Origin: Mobula hypostoma
Lineage: Eukaryota
Length of the DNA stretch: 64,000 nt
NCBI RefSeq assembly: GCF_963921235.1
Contig: NC_086097.1
Coordinates: 33,172,001-33,236,000 of the forward strand
Reading direction: 5' to 3'
In this document: positions 34,982 to 49,038 of the stretch, in pieces
How positions within the stretch are numbered: the first letter of the stretch is position 1
Layout of the letters: each line of letters opens with the position of its first letter
Notes under the pieces: generated by a model
Database searches by the model: none
What the model saw: only the letters and a program-made list of their open reading frames with translations
Told to the model about the DNA's origin: nothing
Made by a program: the position numbers and the translations under genes

Positions 34982-37324
34982 GTCTCAGTTCCAGCGACCT
35001 GGCCTCACTGGTGACCTTGTGTGCTCTCTGTGCTCCCTTTGAAGATGAACATGTTCAGGATGTGTTCTAGTCCTCAGGTGTTAATTGGCTCTCAGTGTAA
35101 ATTAATGCAGAGGTTTCAGGAAGTTAATGGACAAGATGGCAGCACACTCAATAAGATAGCAGCACATTTGGGCTCAATAACTTCTATAAGGCCAACCAAA
35201 GATATTATTGTCTTCTTTAAACTTTTTTTTGTGATTGAAAGACCCTGCTGGACATTAAAAACTTAAAGTACTGCAGGTCTACCCCATCATCGAGTTGTTT
35301 GTTGGCTGAGAAACTGAAGGAGCTAGAATTGGTGAGGATTGTGTTGCTGTCTGCGTCAAAGCGTCGGAGTTGGTGCTCAAAGGTGGTGTGCAGTCTAACA
35401 ATGAGTGATCATCTTGGTCACTTGCAATCATAAGACCCTGTTGGACATTGTTAATGTGGAATGCTGTAAGCCCAATTTACTGATTTGTGGCAGACGTTGA
35501 GGGAACTGCATGGTTTTGGTTTTGGCAAGGACTAGGCCTCAAGCCACATGCCGCCTGTTTGCGGCTGCCCGGGGGAGAGCGTCGGATTCAGTGTATTCCA
35601 CCAGAGTGCCGGAGGCAGTGTGGCGCAGCATACATGTTGGAGTCGGCGCTGCTTTCCGGTGTTTGCTCGTCAGAAGACAAGATGTATTGTGATCGACTGC
35701 AGAGCAGACTGCAGCAACATTCGTGGACTCAGGGACTTGGACTATATTGTTTGGTGTGACTGTAATTTACTGCTGTCTTACCTTATATGTGCTATGTGTG
35801 CCTTGTGATGTGTGTGATTGTTGCTACTGTGTTTTGCACCTTGGCCCCGAAATAACATTGTTTCATTTGGCTGTATTCATGGGTATTCATGTATGGTTGA
35901 CTGACAATTAAACTTCAACTTGAACTTGCATTGCGTGTGTGAGAGAGAGAGAGAGAGAGAAAGAGAGAGGGAAAGAATAAGGTGCAGCTGTAGAGGGGAA
36001 ATGAGACTGATGGCATGGCTTTGCAGATACAAGGTGTCGTGTAATAACAAATCAGTAAATATTTAGTGGTGGCCAGAGAAGATTGCATCAGTTACGTGTC
36101 CCTGAGATTTCCATTTCACACTGTAAATATAATTCCAGTGCTGCATGGTAGGTGAAGTGTGAGCAGTGGTACTCGCTAGGTTTGCACCTACTAAGAAATC
36201 GATTGGTAAATGGGTAAAGTTTCTATCCTATTGCTCTGCCTAGTTTCACTTCAAACTCCATCAGTATGGATCAGTTCAAATTATGAATACTGATGAAGGG
36301 GCAGGGTGAGTATTGGCAGAAGGTATCTTCTCCACCTCCATCATAATCTGTAGTTGTGTCCTTGTGTAATCTGTAGCTACTGTTTTCTGATGATTTCTCA
36401 CCTTCCATAAGTAGTGAATTTGCCAGTATTTAGTGTGTAGCTTTGCCTTATTCCCTGTGTTTCAGCAGTAACTCCCAGCTGTTTCATTGTTCCACCTGTC
36501 TCTCTCACATATAATGGTTCTCCTTTCAGCCTATCTCTTTACTCTCTTTGTTTGCTATTCTCCATCACCTACTTGCTGGCACCCATTAAGGCTCTTTATC
36601 CCCGGTTTCTGTAAACTTGTCATTTTAAATGGACTGTTGCCTGGTAAATAGTGAAGTGGAATGTCTGTTGGTGAACTGACACCTGGTTGGTGGTCTTGAA
36701 TTATATTTTGGTTGCTAATGGTTACGATGGTGTTTTACTCAGTTGCGTGGATTATCTACTTTAATTTCAGGATGTTACATTGTATACATTTCTCTGACAT
36801 TAACTGTGACTATTGAAACCTATTGAATTTAATTTGATGGTTACTGAGGGAAGTAAAACAGTTGTTAATGAGAATGAGCCAAAGTACTGAGGAAGCTTTA
36901 ATTCATTAGCTGTGTCAGGTTAGCCAATTTCCTCTGTGTGAAGTGCCATTTATTTCTGCTGTTGTGTCAATTATAAGGGTGGCTGATGTGCAGATTTGTT
37001 CTCTTGATATCCTGCTGTATATGAGCCTCTTGGCCCATGTGGACCCCAAGCATAATGATCTTTTGAGAGTGCATGGGCTCCTACAAACACTGAATTAAAA
37101 AATGATGAAGCGTCGACTGTTTATTCCCCTCCATAGATGCTGCCTGACCTGCTAAGTTCCTCCAATGTTTTGTATGTGTTACGCTGGATGTTTCAGCATC
37201 TGCAGAATCTTTTATGTTTCTGAAAAAGAAAACAAACAGCTTTTGTTTAGCACCTTTCACATCCTCACAACATACCAAATCTATCCCGTTTTTGAAGTTT
37301 AGTCATGGTGTTATTGTTGGAGTA

Positions 37325-39230
37325 ATTAGAATTGGTTTATTATTGTTACATGCATAAAGGAACATTGAAAATCTTGTCCTGTATATTGTTCATACAGATG
37401 AAATCATTACCCAGTCCATTGAGGTAGAACAAGGTAAAGCAATAACTGAATGCAGAATAAAGTGTAACAGTTACAGAGAAAGTGCAGTGCCGGCAGACAT
37501 GCAAGATCATAATGAGGTACACTGTGAGGTCAAGAATCTATCATATCATACTAAGGAACTATTCAGAAGTCTTATAACAGCAGGGTGAAACTGTCTTTGA
37601 GTTTGGTTGTGTGCGCTTTCAGGCTATTGTATCTTCTGCCTGATGGAAAAGAGGAGAAGGAAGAATGTCTGGGGTTGGAGGGAACTTTAATTATGCTGGC
37701 TGCTTTACTGAGGCAGTTAGAGGTGTAGATAGAGTCCCTGGAGGGAAGGCTGGTATCTGTAATGTGCTGAGCTCTGTCTACAACTCTCTGTAGTTTCTCT
37801 TGGTTATGTGCAGAGCAGTTGTCATATCAAGCCGTGATGCATCTGCATAGGATACTTTCTATGGTTTATTATTTTAGATTGGTAAAGGACTGATAAGGTC
37901 GTGCTGAATTCCTTTAACCTCCTGAAGAAATAGAGGTTTTAGAGAGCTTTCTTAGCTATGGCGTCAATGTGGTTGGACCAGGGCAGTGTATTGGTGATGT
38001 TCACTCCTAGGAAGTAGATCCTCTCAACTCTCTCAACCTCAGCAGCACTGATGAGCATGTGAACAACTACCTTCCTGAAGTCAATGACAGCTGTTTTGTT
38101 TTGCTGATTTTGATGGAAAGTTTGCTGTAATGACACCGTTGTCACTAGGCTCTCTATCTCCTTCCTGTACTGCAACACATCATTATTTGAGATACGGCCA
38201 ACAATGCTGGTATCATCTGCAAACTTGTAGATGGAATTAGAACAGAATCTGGCTGCTCAGTCATGAGTGTACAGTGAATAGGATTAGAAATCTACAGCAC
38301 GTTACAGGCCTTTTGACCCACAGTGTTGTGCTGACAATGTAACCTACTCTAGAAACCACCTAGAATTTCCCTAGTTCATAGCCCTGTATTTTTCTTAACT
38401 CTATGTATATATTTAAGAGTCTCTTAAAAAACCCTATTGCATCCACCTCCACCACCATCACCGGCAGTACATTCCATGCATCCACCACTCTCTGTGTGAA
38501 AAACTTACCTCTGACACCTCCTCTATACCTACTTCCAAGCACCTTAAAACTGTGCCCCCTTGTGTTAGCCATTTCAGCCCTGGAAAAAAGCATCTGGCTA
38601 TCCAAATGACCAATGCCTCTCATCATCTTTTACACCTCTACCAGATCACCCCTCATCCTCCATCACTCCAAGGAGAAAAGGCCAAGTTCACTCAACCTAT
38701 TTTCATAAGGCATGCTCTTCAATCCAGGAAACATCCTGTTAATCTCCTCTGCACTCTTTCAATAATATCCACATCCTTCCTGTTGTGAGGTGTCCAGAAA
38801 TGACTGGGAATGGTAATCGGAATTAAAATGTTTGGTCACCGGGATGTTCTGCTTGTGGCAGATGGTACAGAGATGCTCAACAAAGTGGTCCCAGAATTTA
38901 CGACGGGTCTTACCAATGTAGAGGAGGCCGCATCGGGAGCACCAGACTCAATCGATGACCCCAGCAGATTTGGAGGGGTGTGCACTGAGTGCTCCTATAA
39001 GTTGATTTATCATCACAATAGGAGAGGAGAAGGGGGCTGAGCATGCAACCTCGTGGAGCACCAGTGTTTAGATTAATTGTGCCGAAGGTGTTGCTTTCTA
39101 TCCTTACTGATTGCGCTCTGTTGGTCAAGAAGTCAAGGATCCAGGGCAGAGGGTGGTGTTGATTACCAGGTCCAGAGCTTGGTGATGAGATTATTAGGAA
39201 CTATAGTATTGAAGGTTGAGCTGTGTCAGT
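37325..39230 (-). mobile_element. Decayed Rex1/Babar LINE with nested CR1 (~38281-38803) and PLE GIY-YIG fragment (~38803-38975)
   Basis: FLGVNITNTLPWSNHIDAIAKKA and NTGAPRGCMLSPLL flank CR1 'KFFTQRVVDAWNVLP' and PLE 'GAGGAGGCCGCATCGGGAGCACC'. Boundaries approximate. Confidence 0.65.
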
Positions 39231-42104
39231 AAACAATAAACAAGCTCCAGAAGGGAATGGAGCAGTGAAACTGTATTGAGTGATGTTGGTTGAGGGATTA
39301 ATGACTCCAGAACAGAGAACGCATACCCTGTTCTGATGGTGCCATGGGATCTGCTGATCCACCTATCGATCAGCATTCTACCAGTACTGCACTGTCTTCT
39401 TTTGTTGGGCTTGATTTCCTGTTTAACGCTCTTAAGTGGACCAGACTGCAACTTGAGATAACACTGCAGCCTCGGGCAACAGCCAATTCACCATGAGATA
39501 TTCATTTATCAACATGGCCCTTTCATTTAATCTTGTCAATGTGCCTAGTGTAGTAGTGTTTATCTGGTGTTTTTAACATAGCAAAACATCCCTAGCTGTT
39601 TCCTTAAAAAATAAGTTTTAAGAAGACTTCCCCACAACCAGAAACATCTAATTCAGTTTCCCTTGTCTCAGCACTAAACAACACAAGCAAGTCACTGTAC
39701 TTTCCTCTTATGAGGATAGGTTGAGTGAGCTAGGGCTTTTCTCATTGGAACAAAGGAGGATGAGGAATGACTTGAAAAAGGTGTACGAGATGGTAAGAGG
39801 CATGTTTGATTGGACAACCAATGACTTTTTCCCAGGGCAGAAATGCTAATTATAAGATGTGGAGGGGGATATCAGAGGTAGGTCTTTTCACACAGGGAGT
39901 GGTGGGCGCATGGGTGGTGGGTGCCAAGGATGTTGGTAGAGGCAGATTCATTTGGGAAATTTAAGAAACTTATATAGGCACATAGATGAGAGAAAAAATG
40001 GAGACTATGTAAGACAGAGGGTTAGATTGATCCTAGAGTAAGTTAAGGGGTTGGCACAACATTCTGGACCGAATGTTCTATGTTGTACATGAGGGAGCTT
40101 CTTCAGTCTGGACAGTCATATTCTTGCAGAGCACTTCCTATTCAGAACGCTATTATAAACCCGTTAACAATCAGTGGTTACTTTGAGAGCAGAAGGAAGC
40201 AGGATAATAAGAGCAATGCAAACACGAGGAATTCTGCAGATGCTGGAAATTTAAGCAATGCTCATCAAAGTTGCTGCTGAACGCAGCAGGCCAGGCAGCA
40301 TCTCTAGGAAGAGGTCCAGTCGACGTATCAGGCCGAGACCCTTCGTCAGGACTAACTGAAGGAAGAGCTAGTAAGAGACTTGAAAGTGGGAGGGGGAGGG
40401 GGAGATCCAAAATGAAAGGAGAAGACAGGAGGGGGAGAGATGGAGCCAAGAGCTGGACAGTTGATTGGCAAAAGGAGTATGAGAGGGTCATGGGACAGGA
40501 GGCCCAGGAAGAAGGAAAAGGGGGAGGGGGGGAAAAAACAGAGGATGGGCAAGGGGTATAGTCAGAGGGACAGAGGGAGAAAAAGGAGAGAGAGAGAGAG
40601 AAAGAATGTGTGTATATAAATAAATAACGGTTGGCGTACGAGGGGGAGGTGGGGCATTAGCGGAAATTAGAGAAGTCAATGTTCATGCCATCAGGTTGGA
40701 GGTTCTGAGGAGGTATTTGGTGTCCCTATCCCAGGCCCTTCCACACCTTCGGGACACTTTCTTCACCATCTGTAATGGCCCTGCCCGTGATTTCATCCTC
40801 CGTCGGATCCATCCCTGCAATCGCCGTTTTTCTTTTGACTTTGTCATGTTAGGCAAAGATCGCAAGAGCTTACAGCTGCAGACACCAGAGCCTGCTGACC
40901 CTGATGCTGGCAGGCATGAACTTCAGATTGTGGCCCCTGCCATTGATCTCGCCGGCTCCAACACCTCAGGACATATTCAAAACCCGGATTCCAGCAACGA
41001 CCATGGACACCTTCAAAGTGATTGCGCAACCACCGACTGCAACTCCAGCCTTGAACCAGGCCGGGTCTTTATGTACTGTTATTGTGACTCCTGTCTCCCC
41101 TTCCCCCACCACCACTCTGCAACCCCGTCTCCCCCAGATCCCACCGTCAGCTCCTGGGCCCTCAGAGGCTCCATCTTCCTCTCACCCCAACCCTCCCCTC
41201 TCCACTGACACCCCCAGCCTTGCCCCTCCCCCCTCTGATCCCAGCTCTCATCCGTGCCGGGTTTTTACCATCCCCTCCGACCTTCAACTGTCTGAGGTAG
41301 AACACTCTGTCCTCAGTAAGGGCCTCACCTTTGTCCCCCTTCACCCACATCTCAGCGAGTTCCATGTTCACCATGACGCAGAACTCTTCTTCCGCTGTCT
41401 CCGAGCCTAATTCTTCGGCAAGGACTCTTCCACCCCCACCGATGACCCCTTCTCCCGTCTTCAACCCTCCTCCTCTTCATGGACACCCTGCTCTGGTCTT
41501 CTACCTGCTCTGGATCTCTTTATTGCTAACTGCCGACGGGACATCTACCGTCTCGACTTCACTGCACCTTGTTCCCATTCCAGCCTTACTCCTTCCAAAC
41601 GCTCTGCTCTCCACTTCCTCCGCACTAATCCTAACCTTACTATTAAACCCACCGATAAGGGGGGTGCTGTTGTTGTCTGGCGTACTGACCTCTACCTTGC
41701 CGAGGCACAGCGACAACTCGCGGATACCTCCTCTTATTTACCCCTTGATCATGACCCCACTAAGGAGCACCAGGCCATTGTCTCCCACACCATCACTGAC
41801 CTTATTCGCTCAGGGGATCTCCCATCCACTGCTATCAGCCTTATAGTTCCCACACCTCGCACTTCCCGTTTCTACCTCCTACCCAAGATCCACAAACCTG
41901 CCTGTCCTGGCAAACCTATTGTCTCAGCTTGCTCCTGCCCCACCGAACTCTTTTCTGCATACCTCGACACGGTTTTATCCCCTCTTGTTCAATCCCTTCC
42001 TACCTATGTTCGTGACACTTCTCACGCTCTTAAACTTTTCGATGATTTTAAGTTCCCTGGCCCCTATTGCTTTATTTTCACCATGGGTGTCCAGTCCCTA
42101 TATA

Positions 42105-43353
42105 CAAACCCCATTTCCAGAAAAGTTGGGATATTTTCCAAAATGCAATAAAAACAAAAATCTGTGATATGTTAATTCACTTGAACCTTTATTTAACTGA
42201 CAAAAGTACAAAGAAAAGATTTTCAATAGTCTTACTGACCAACTTAATTGTATTTTGTAAACATACACAAATTTAGAATTTGATGGCTGCAACACACTCA
42301 ACAAAAGTTGGGACAGAGGCATGTTTACCATTGTGTTACATCACCTTTCCTTTTAATAACACTTTATAATCGTTTTGGAACTGAGGATACTAATTGTAGT
42401 AGATTTGCAATTGGAAATTTTGTCCATTCTTGCTTGATATAAGACTTCAGCTGCTCAACAGTCCGTGGTCTCCGTTGTCTGATTCTCCTCTTCATGATGC
42501 GCCATACATTTTCAATAGGAGATAGATCTGGACTGGCAGCAGGCCAGTCAAGCACACACACTCTGTGTCTACAAAGCCACGCTGTTGTAGCCCATGTAGA
42601 ATGTGGTCTGGCATTGTCCTGCTGAAATAAGCATGGATGTCCCAGGAAGAGACGTTGCCTTCATGGCAACATATGTCTCTCTAAAATCCTAATATACGCC
42701 TCAGAGTCAATGGTACCTTCACATACATGCAACTGACCCATGCCGTGGGCACTGATGCACCCCCATACCATCACAGATCCTGGCTTTTGCACCTTTCACT
42801 GATAACAATCTGGACGGTTGTTTTCATCTTTGGCACGGAGAACTCAACGCCCGTTTTTTCCAAAAACTAGCTGAAATGTGGACTCATCTGACCACAGCAC
42901 ACGGTTCCACAGTCTTTCGGTCCATCTGAGATGAGCTCGGGCCCAGAGAACTCGCCGGCGTTTCTGCATAGAGTTGATGTATGGCTTCCTCCTTGCAGAA
43001 TACTGTTTCAAGTTGCATTTCTGGATGCAGCGATGGACTGTGTTGAGTGGCAGTGGTTTTCTGAAGTACTCCCGAGCCCAGGTGGCTATAATTGTCACAG
43101 TATCATGACTTTTCTGTGCACTTTTCAATCTTATTTTAACTCTGTCCCAACTTTTGTCGAGTGTGTTGCAGCCATCAAATTCTATATTTGTGTATATTTA
43201 CAAAATACAATTAAGTTGGTCAGTAAAACTATTGAAAATCTTTTCTTTGTACTTCTGTCAGTTAAAGAAAGGTTCACATGAAATAACGTATCACAGATTT
43301 TTGTTTTTATCGCATTTTGGAAAATATCCCAACTTTTCTGGAAATGGGGTTTG
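42105..43353 (-). mobile_element. Tc1-family DD34E transposon with ~214-bp IR/DR terminal repeats, internally deleted
   Basis: TIRs 42105-42318 and 43140-43353 (CAAACCCCATTTCCAGAAAAGTTGGGA...). TA TSD at 42103-42104 and 43354-43355. Transposase motifs VLWSDES, FQQDNA and SPDLSPIEN with D-34aa-E spacing. Has stops, and the N-terminus is missing. Confidence 0.95.
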
Positions 43354-44981
43354 TAGTTCCATCCCCCATCAGGAAGGTCTCAAAGCTCTCCGCTTCTCTT
43401 TGGATTCCAGACCTAATCAGTTTCCCTCTACCACCACTCTCCTCTGTCTAGCGGAATTGGTCCTTACTCTTAATAATTTTTCCTTTGGCTCCTCCCACTT
43501 CCTCCAAACTGAAGGTGTAGCTATGGGCACCCATATGGGTCCTAGCTATGCCTGCCTTTTTGTTGGCTTTGTGGAACAATCTATGTTCCAAACCTATTCT
43601 GGTATCTGTCCCCCATTTCTCCTTCGCTACATCGACGACTGCATTGGCGCTGCTTCCTGCGCATATGCTGAGCTCGTTGACTTCATTAACTTTGCCTCCA
43701 AATTTCACCCTGCCCTCAAGTATACCTGGTCCATTTCGACACCTCCCTCCCCTTTCTAGATCTTTCTGTCTCTGTCTCTGGAGACAGCTTATCTACTGAT
43801 GTCTACTATAAGTCTCCTGACTCTCACAGCTATCTGGACTGTTCCTCTTCCCACCCTGTCTCTTGCAAAAATGCCATCCCCTTCTCGCAATTCCTCCGTC
43901 TCCGCCGCATCTGCTCTCAGGATGAGGCTTTAAATTCCAGGACGAGGGAGATGTCCTTCTTTTTTAAAGAAAGGGGCTTCCCTTCCTCCACCATCAACTC
44001 GGCTCTCAAACGCATCTCCCCCATTTCACACACATCTGCTGTCATTCTATCCTCCCGCCACCCCACTAGGAATAGGGTTCCCCTGGTCCTCACCTACCAC
44101 CCCACTAGCCTCTGAGTCCAACATATTATTCTCCATAACTTCGGCCACTTCCAATGGGATCCCACCACTAAGCACATCTTTCCCTCCCCCCCCCCGCTTT
44201 CCACAGGGGTCACTCCCTACGCGACTCCCTTGTCCATTCGTCTCCCCCATCCCTCCCTACTGATCTCCTCCTGGCACTTATCCTTGTAAGCGGAACAAGT
44301 GCTACACATGCCCTTAAACTTCCTCCCTTACTGCCATTCAGGGCCCCAGACAGTCCTTCCAGGTGAGGCGACACCTCACCTGTGAGTCGGCTGGGGTGAT
44401 ATACTGCGTCCGGTGCTCCCGATGTGGCCTTCTGTATATTGGCGAGACCCGACACAGACTGGGAGACCGCTTTGCTGAACACCTACGCTCTGTCCGCCAG
44501 AGAAAGCAGGATCTCCCAGTGGCCACACATTTTAATTCCACATCCCATTCCCATTCTGATATGTCAGTTCACGGCCTCCTCTACTGTAAAGATGAAGCCA
44601 CACTCAGGTTGGAGGAACAACACCTTATATTCTGTCTGGGTAGCCTCCAACCTGATGGCATGAACATCGACTTCTCTAACTTCTGCTAATGCCCCACCTC
44701 CCCCTCGTACCCCATCCGTTATTTATTTATATACACACATTCTTTCTCTCACTCTCCTTTTTCTCCCTCTGTCCCTCTGACTATACCCCTTGCCCATCCT
44801 CTGGGTCTTCCCCCCTCCCCTTTTTCTTCTTCCTGGACCTCCTGTCCCATGATCCTCTCATATCCCTTTTGCCAATCACCTGTCCAGCTCTTGGCTCCAT
44901 CCCTCCCCCTCCTGTCTTCTCCTATCATTTTGGATCTCCCTCTCCCCCTCCCACTTTCAAATCTCTTACTAACTCTTCCTT

Positions 44982-45023
44982 CAGTTAGTCCTGACGAAAG
45001 GTCCCGGCCCGAAACGTCGACTG
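44982..45023 (+). ncRNA. Minimal type I hammerhead ribozyme in PLE pseudo-LTR (intact core, one stem II mismatch)
   Basis: CAGTTAGTC-CTGACGA-A-AGGT(CCCG)GCCC-GAAA-CGTC^GACTG. Confidence 0.72.
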
Positions 45024-48000
45024 TACCTCTTCCTACAGATGCTGCCTGGCCTGCTGCATTCACCAGCAACTTTGATGTGTGTAATAAGAGCAGTGAATGC
45101 ATTTGACTTTTATAAAGGCTGCTGCTGCACTTGAGTCGGCTGTAGCCTAAAACGCCTCATTCCCACCTCGTGGTCAAAAGGTCATTGATACAGAAAATGG
45201 TCCAGAGCCCGAGCCCGTGGTTCAGGCATTCCCAGTGCAGTGCTAGAGGGTGTTACACAGCTGGAGGCAAACCAGCACTTTGTCTTCTCCCTCAGCTGCA
45301 GGAAAGCAATGCCACTGTTTCAGCATGGATCATTGCTTCAATCCTGCTGCCAAAAACAGACCAACTATTCTTGTGGAATCATACCTTGCTGTGGTTAAAA
45401 CAATTACTGTTGTTGCCCTGTAATATCAGTCTCTGCCCATTTGTAATTCCACATATTTGATACATTCTGTGAGTGATTATTTAAACATTCCTGTTTTCAT
45501 CTGGGCTCAGTATCAATATCTCATTGCTATTGTCAGGGAGGAGGTACCGGAAGCTGAAGACACACATCCAGTGTTTTAGGATCAGCTTCCTCCCCTCCAC
45601 CATCAGATTTCTGAATGGTCCATGAACACTGCTTCACTATTTTGCTTTCTTATTTATTTCCTATATACCGTACTTACTATAACTTACGGTAATTTTTTTA
45701 ATGTATTGCATTGTACTGCTGCCGCAAAGCAATAAAATTCACAACATATGTCTATGATAATTAATCTGATTCTGATTCCATTGGTAATAATGTTTAGTCT
45801 CTCTCGCCCTAATTCAGAGGGGTCAGTAAACCTAGTGTCATGTGGTGGTGGGTTTTGGTTTCCTGGTTTTCCTCAGGTTCCCCAGCTCCTTGTGAGGTAT
45901 TGCCTAACCTGCACTTGGCACAACCACACAGCCACATGTTTAATATTGGGAGTTCACTGGCCAGATAGCTGTGGCACAAACCCACATCCTAACAATCCAA
46001 TCTGGAAATGACTGCAAAATGAAGTGGTTAACTCATGATCAAATGACCCCTGACAAAAGGAATGCGTGTTGAAAAAGGGGAGCTACGAGAGATGATGAAT
46101 GTGATTCATTCACAATGGATACAAAGTGCCTGGGTGGGCTGGTGTCCTCAGATAAATCATTAAAACAGCACCTTTGATGAGAGTGTGGCTTTTTTCTCGC
46201 TCTTATACCAAGTTGTTTGAATCAGGATCCTTAATACTTCTCAATAGTCTTAATAGACATCAGTTAGGTACTACTAAAGGCTGAGGAATTAAGAGAACCC
46301 AAAGGAGCTGCACTCCAGACATGACAAGGGCTAAAGCCTTTTGAAATCACAGAACTTCAATATTTTAGCAAACAGATCCAGTTACATACATTCTTTTTGG
46401 ATAATAAACTCTGCTAATTCAGCTGCTCATACAATAAAAAGCGTCATTTGTGTTAACAACCAACACACCGCAAGTGTTTATTGCATACTCCAGCACCAAC
46501 ATAGCATGCCCACAATACTCAGCAGAACAACACAGAACACAATAAAACAAAAACAACAATCCAACATGCCCTGTCCCTTCCTCCTTCCCACCTCTGCACA
46601 TGCACATTCCTCTAACCCAACAGCAGAACATCTTCAGCCTTCAGCCTCCAGTGGACTTGCGGATTTGCAGAAACTAGTCCCTGACTTCTCCAGCAGACTT
46701 GCAGAGACGGGTAGATTTGGGGTTCTGGCCATCGGGCTTCAACTTTTGGACTCCTGATCGACTCTCAATGTTCGATCTGGACTTCCAATCAGCTGTTAAA
46801 CTTCAATCCTGACCTCCAAATCGACCTTTGGGCTTCAATCTTCAGTATCAACCCAGGACTCGCAGATGATGACGAATGATGAATTAACTCCACCTTCCAC
46901 TCTCTTCTCTTATTCCTCAATACCAGCAACTTATCATCTTCTATAGCTCTCAGCTCCACCTTCTCATCTTTGCTTTGTATCTTGTCAACTGACTGATTCA
47001 CCTTCTAGCACAGTGAAGGACAGGAATCTGAGACGCTTTGACGTACAGGGGCCTCTTGGCTCCCTGAAGGTGTCAACACAAGTAGATAGAATGGCAAGAA
47101 AAGTGTATGGTCTGCTTGCCTTCAGTTTGTTGGGGCATTGAGTATAAAAGTTGGAAAGTCATATTGCAAATGTGTATAACTTTGGTTAGGTCACATTTGA
47201 AGTATTGTGTGCAGTTCTGGTCGCTCCATTACAGGAAGGATGTCAGATTCAGATTAGTTTGCTGTTGTATACACCAGGGTGTAATGAAATTCCTTGCTCC
47301 TGTGAAGCTCACAGATTAAACAGTGTACATGGTAATAATAAATACAACAATAAGATTATAATAAGAGATGGGAGTAAAATAGGCTATTTGCCCCATTGAG
47401 TCTGCTCCACTACTTGATCATGAATGATTTAAATTTTCCCTCTCAACCCCATTCTCCTGCCTTCTCTCTGCAATCTCTGTTACCCAACCTAATCAAGAAC
47501 CTATCAACCTCTGCTTTAAATATATGTAATGACTTGGCCTTCACAGATGTCTGTGGCAATGAATTCTGCAGATTCACCACCATCTGATGAAAGAAATTGC
47601 TCCTCATCTCTGTTCTGATAGGATGTCCTTCTATTCTGAGACTGTACCCCCGGTCCTAGACTTCCACTATTGCAAACATCCTCTCCACATCCACTTTATC
47701 TTGACCTTTGAATATTCAATAGGTTTCAATGAGATGCCTCCTCAGTCTTCTAACCTCCAATGAGTACAGGCCAAAAGCCATCAAACACTCTTCATACATT
47801 AACCATTTCACTCCCAGGCTCATTCTTATAAACCTTCTCTGGACCCTCTCCATTGCTTTAGCTTATAATGCAATGAATACAGCAATGAGCAGAAAACAAC
47901 AGAATGATACAAAGGTAGTAGTGCAAACGAAATACTAAAGAGGTAGAATTATGCATCTGAGAATGTACATCACCACCTGGAAGGGATAAATCTGATAGCA

Positions 48001-48858
48001 GTGGGAATTAAGCTGTTCTGAGTCAGGTTCTCTGAGCTTTTGAGCTCTCATATTTTCCTCCAGAAGGCGGAAGAGAGCAAACAGTGCCAGGGTGCCAGGC
48101 ATCCTGGATGAGACTGTTGGCCCTCCTGAAGCAACACACCATGAAGGTGGAGATGCAAGAGCTACAATTATAGTTCTTGTGTCTCCCAAGGATTTTGAAA
48201 TCCCAACCATGAAGATGAACTGGATGGGGGGCAGTGATGTCTATGATGGACTGGTGTTTACGTTCTGTTGACCTGGCTATAATGCAACACATACTGTACC
48301 AGGATATTGTATATAACATATCTGGAGAAGTTCGAGAGAATCAGATTAATTTATTTATCACGTACATTAAAGGAAACAGTGAAATGTGTTGTTTGCATTA
48401 ACAGCCAACACAAACCAAGCATGTGCTAGTGGACAGCCCGCGAGTGTCGACACACATTCCAACGCCAACATAACTTGCTCACAGAGTTTAACACAGCAAC
48501 TTCCAGTCAAGGTGGTACCTGTGTATGATGCTCCTTCGGTCAACATCTTCTGGATAGATCATGAAACTATATATTTCACTTCTTTTATGTCTTTTACATT
48601 TGTTTTTCATCTTGAACGTGATTCTGGAGCTGCTGGAGCCTGTGATTTGCAGTTTGGAGATCGTTTGGGTGTTTCAGCACTCCGCGGTCTCTGAGAGAAT
48701 TCCGGGAGGCAGAGGCAGTGTTAGCAAGTCTCATGTCGAGAAGGCTGTGGGGTGTGAGCCAATGTTCGACACTGTTTCACTGATTAAAACCAATTTAAGT
48801 GACAAGGAAGATTGAAACATCGAGGTGAATGCAGAAGGTGAGCACTAGCTGCCTGCTT

Positions 48859-49038
48859 TTTGACTGCTGGTGGTTGGTATCGCTTTGCTATGGAGAGGGA
48901 AGACTGCCTTTTGATCGCTGGTGGGATCGCTCTGCTATGGAGAGAGGAGACTGCCTTTTGATCACTGGTGGGATCGCTCTGCTATGGAGAGAGGAGACTG
49001 CCTTTTGATCACTGGTGGGATCGCTCTGCTATGGAGAC
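48859..49038. repeat. 47-bp minisatellite (~3.5 copies) inside an unclassified ~0.9-kb repeat (~48499-49407)
   Basis: Unit GACTGCCTTTTGATCACTGGTGGGATCGCTCTGCTATGGAGAGAGGA starts at 48902, 48949 and 48996. Confidence 0.85.

Larger units (their letters stand above)
40216..45081 (+). mobile_element. Penelope-like element (Neptune-type), near full-length ORF with inverted pseudo-LTR, interrupted by Tc1
   Basis: ORF relics LSKGLTFVP, IKPTDKGGAVVVW, FYLLPKIHKP, GVAMGTHMGPSYA, LRYIDD, linker CKRNKCYTCP, and GIY-YIG GVIYCVRCSRCGLLYIGET. Inverted pLTR 40217-40701 versus 44645-45081. TSD TAATAAGAGCA at 40205-40215 and 45082-45092. Confidence 0.93.
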
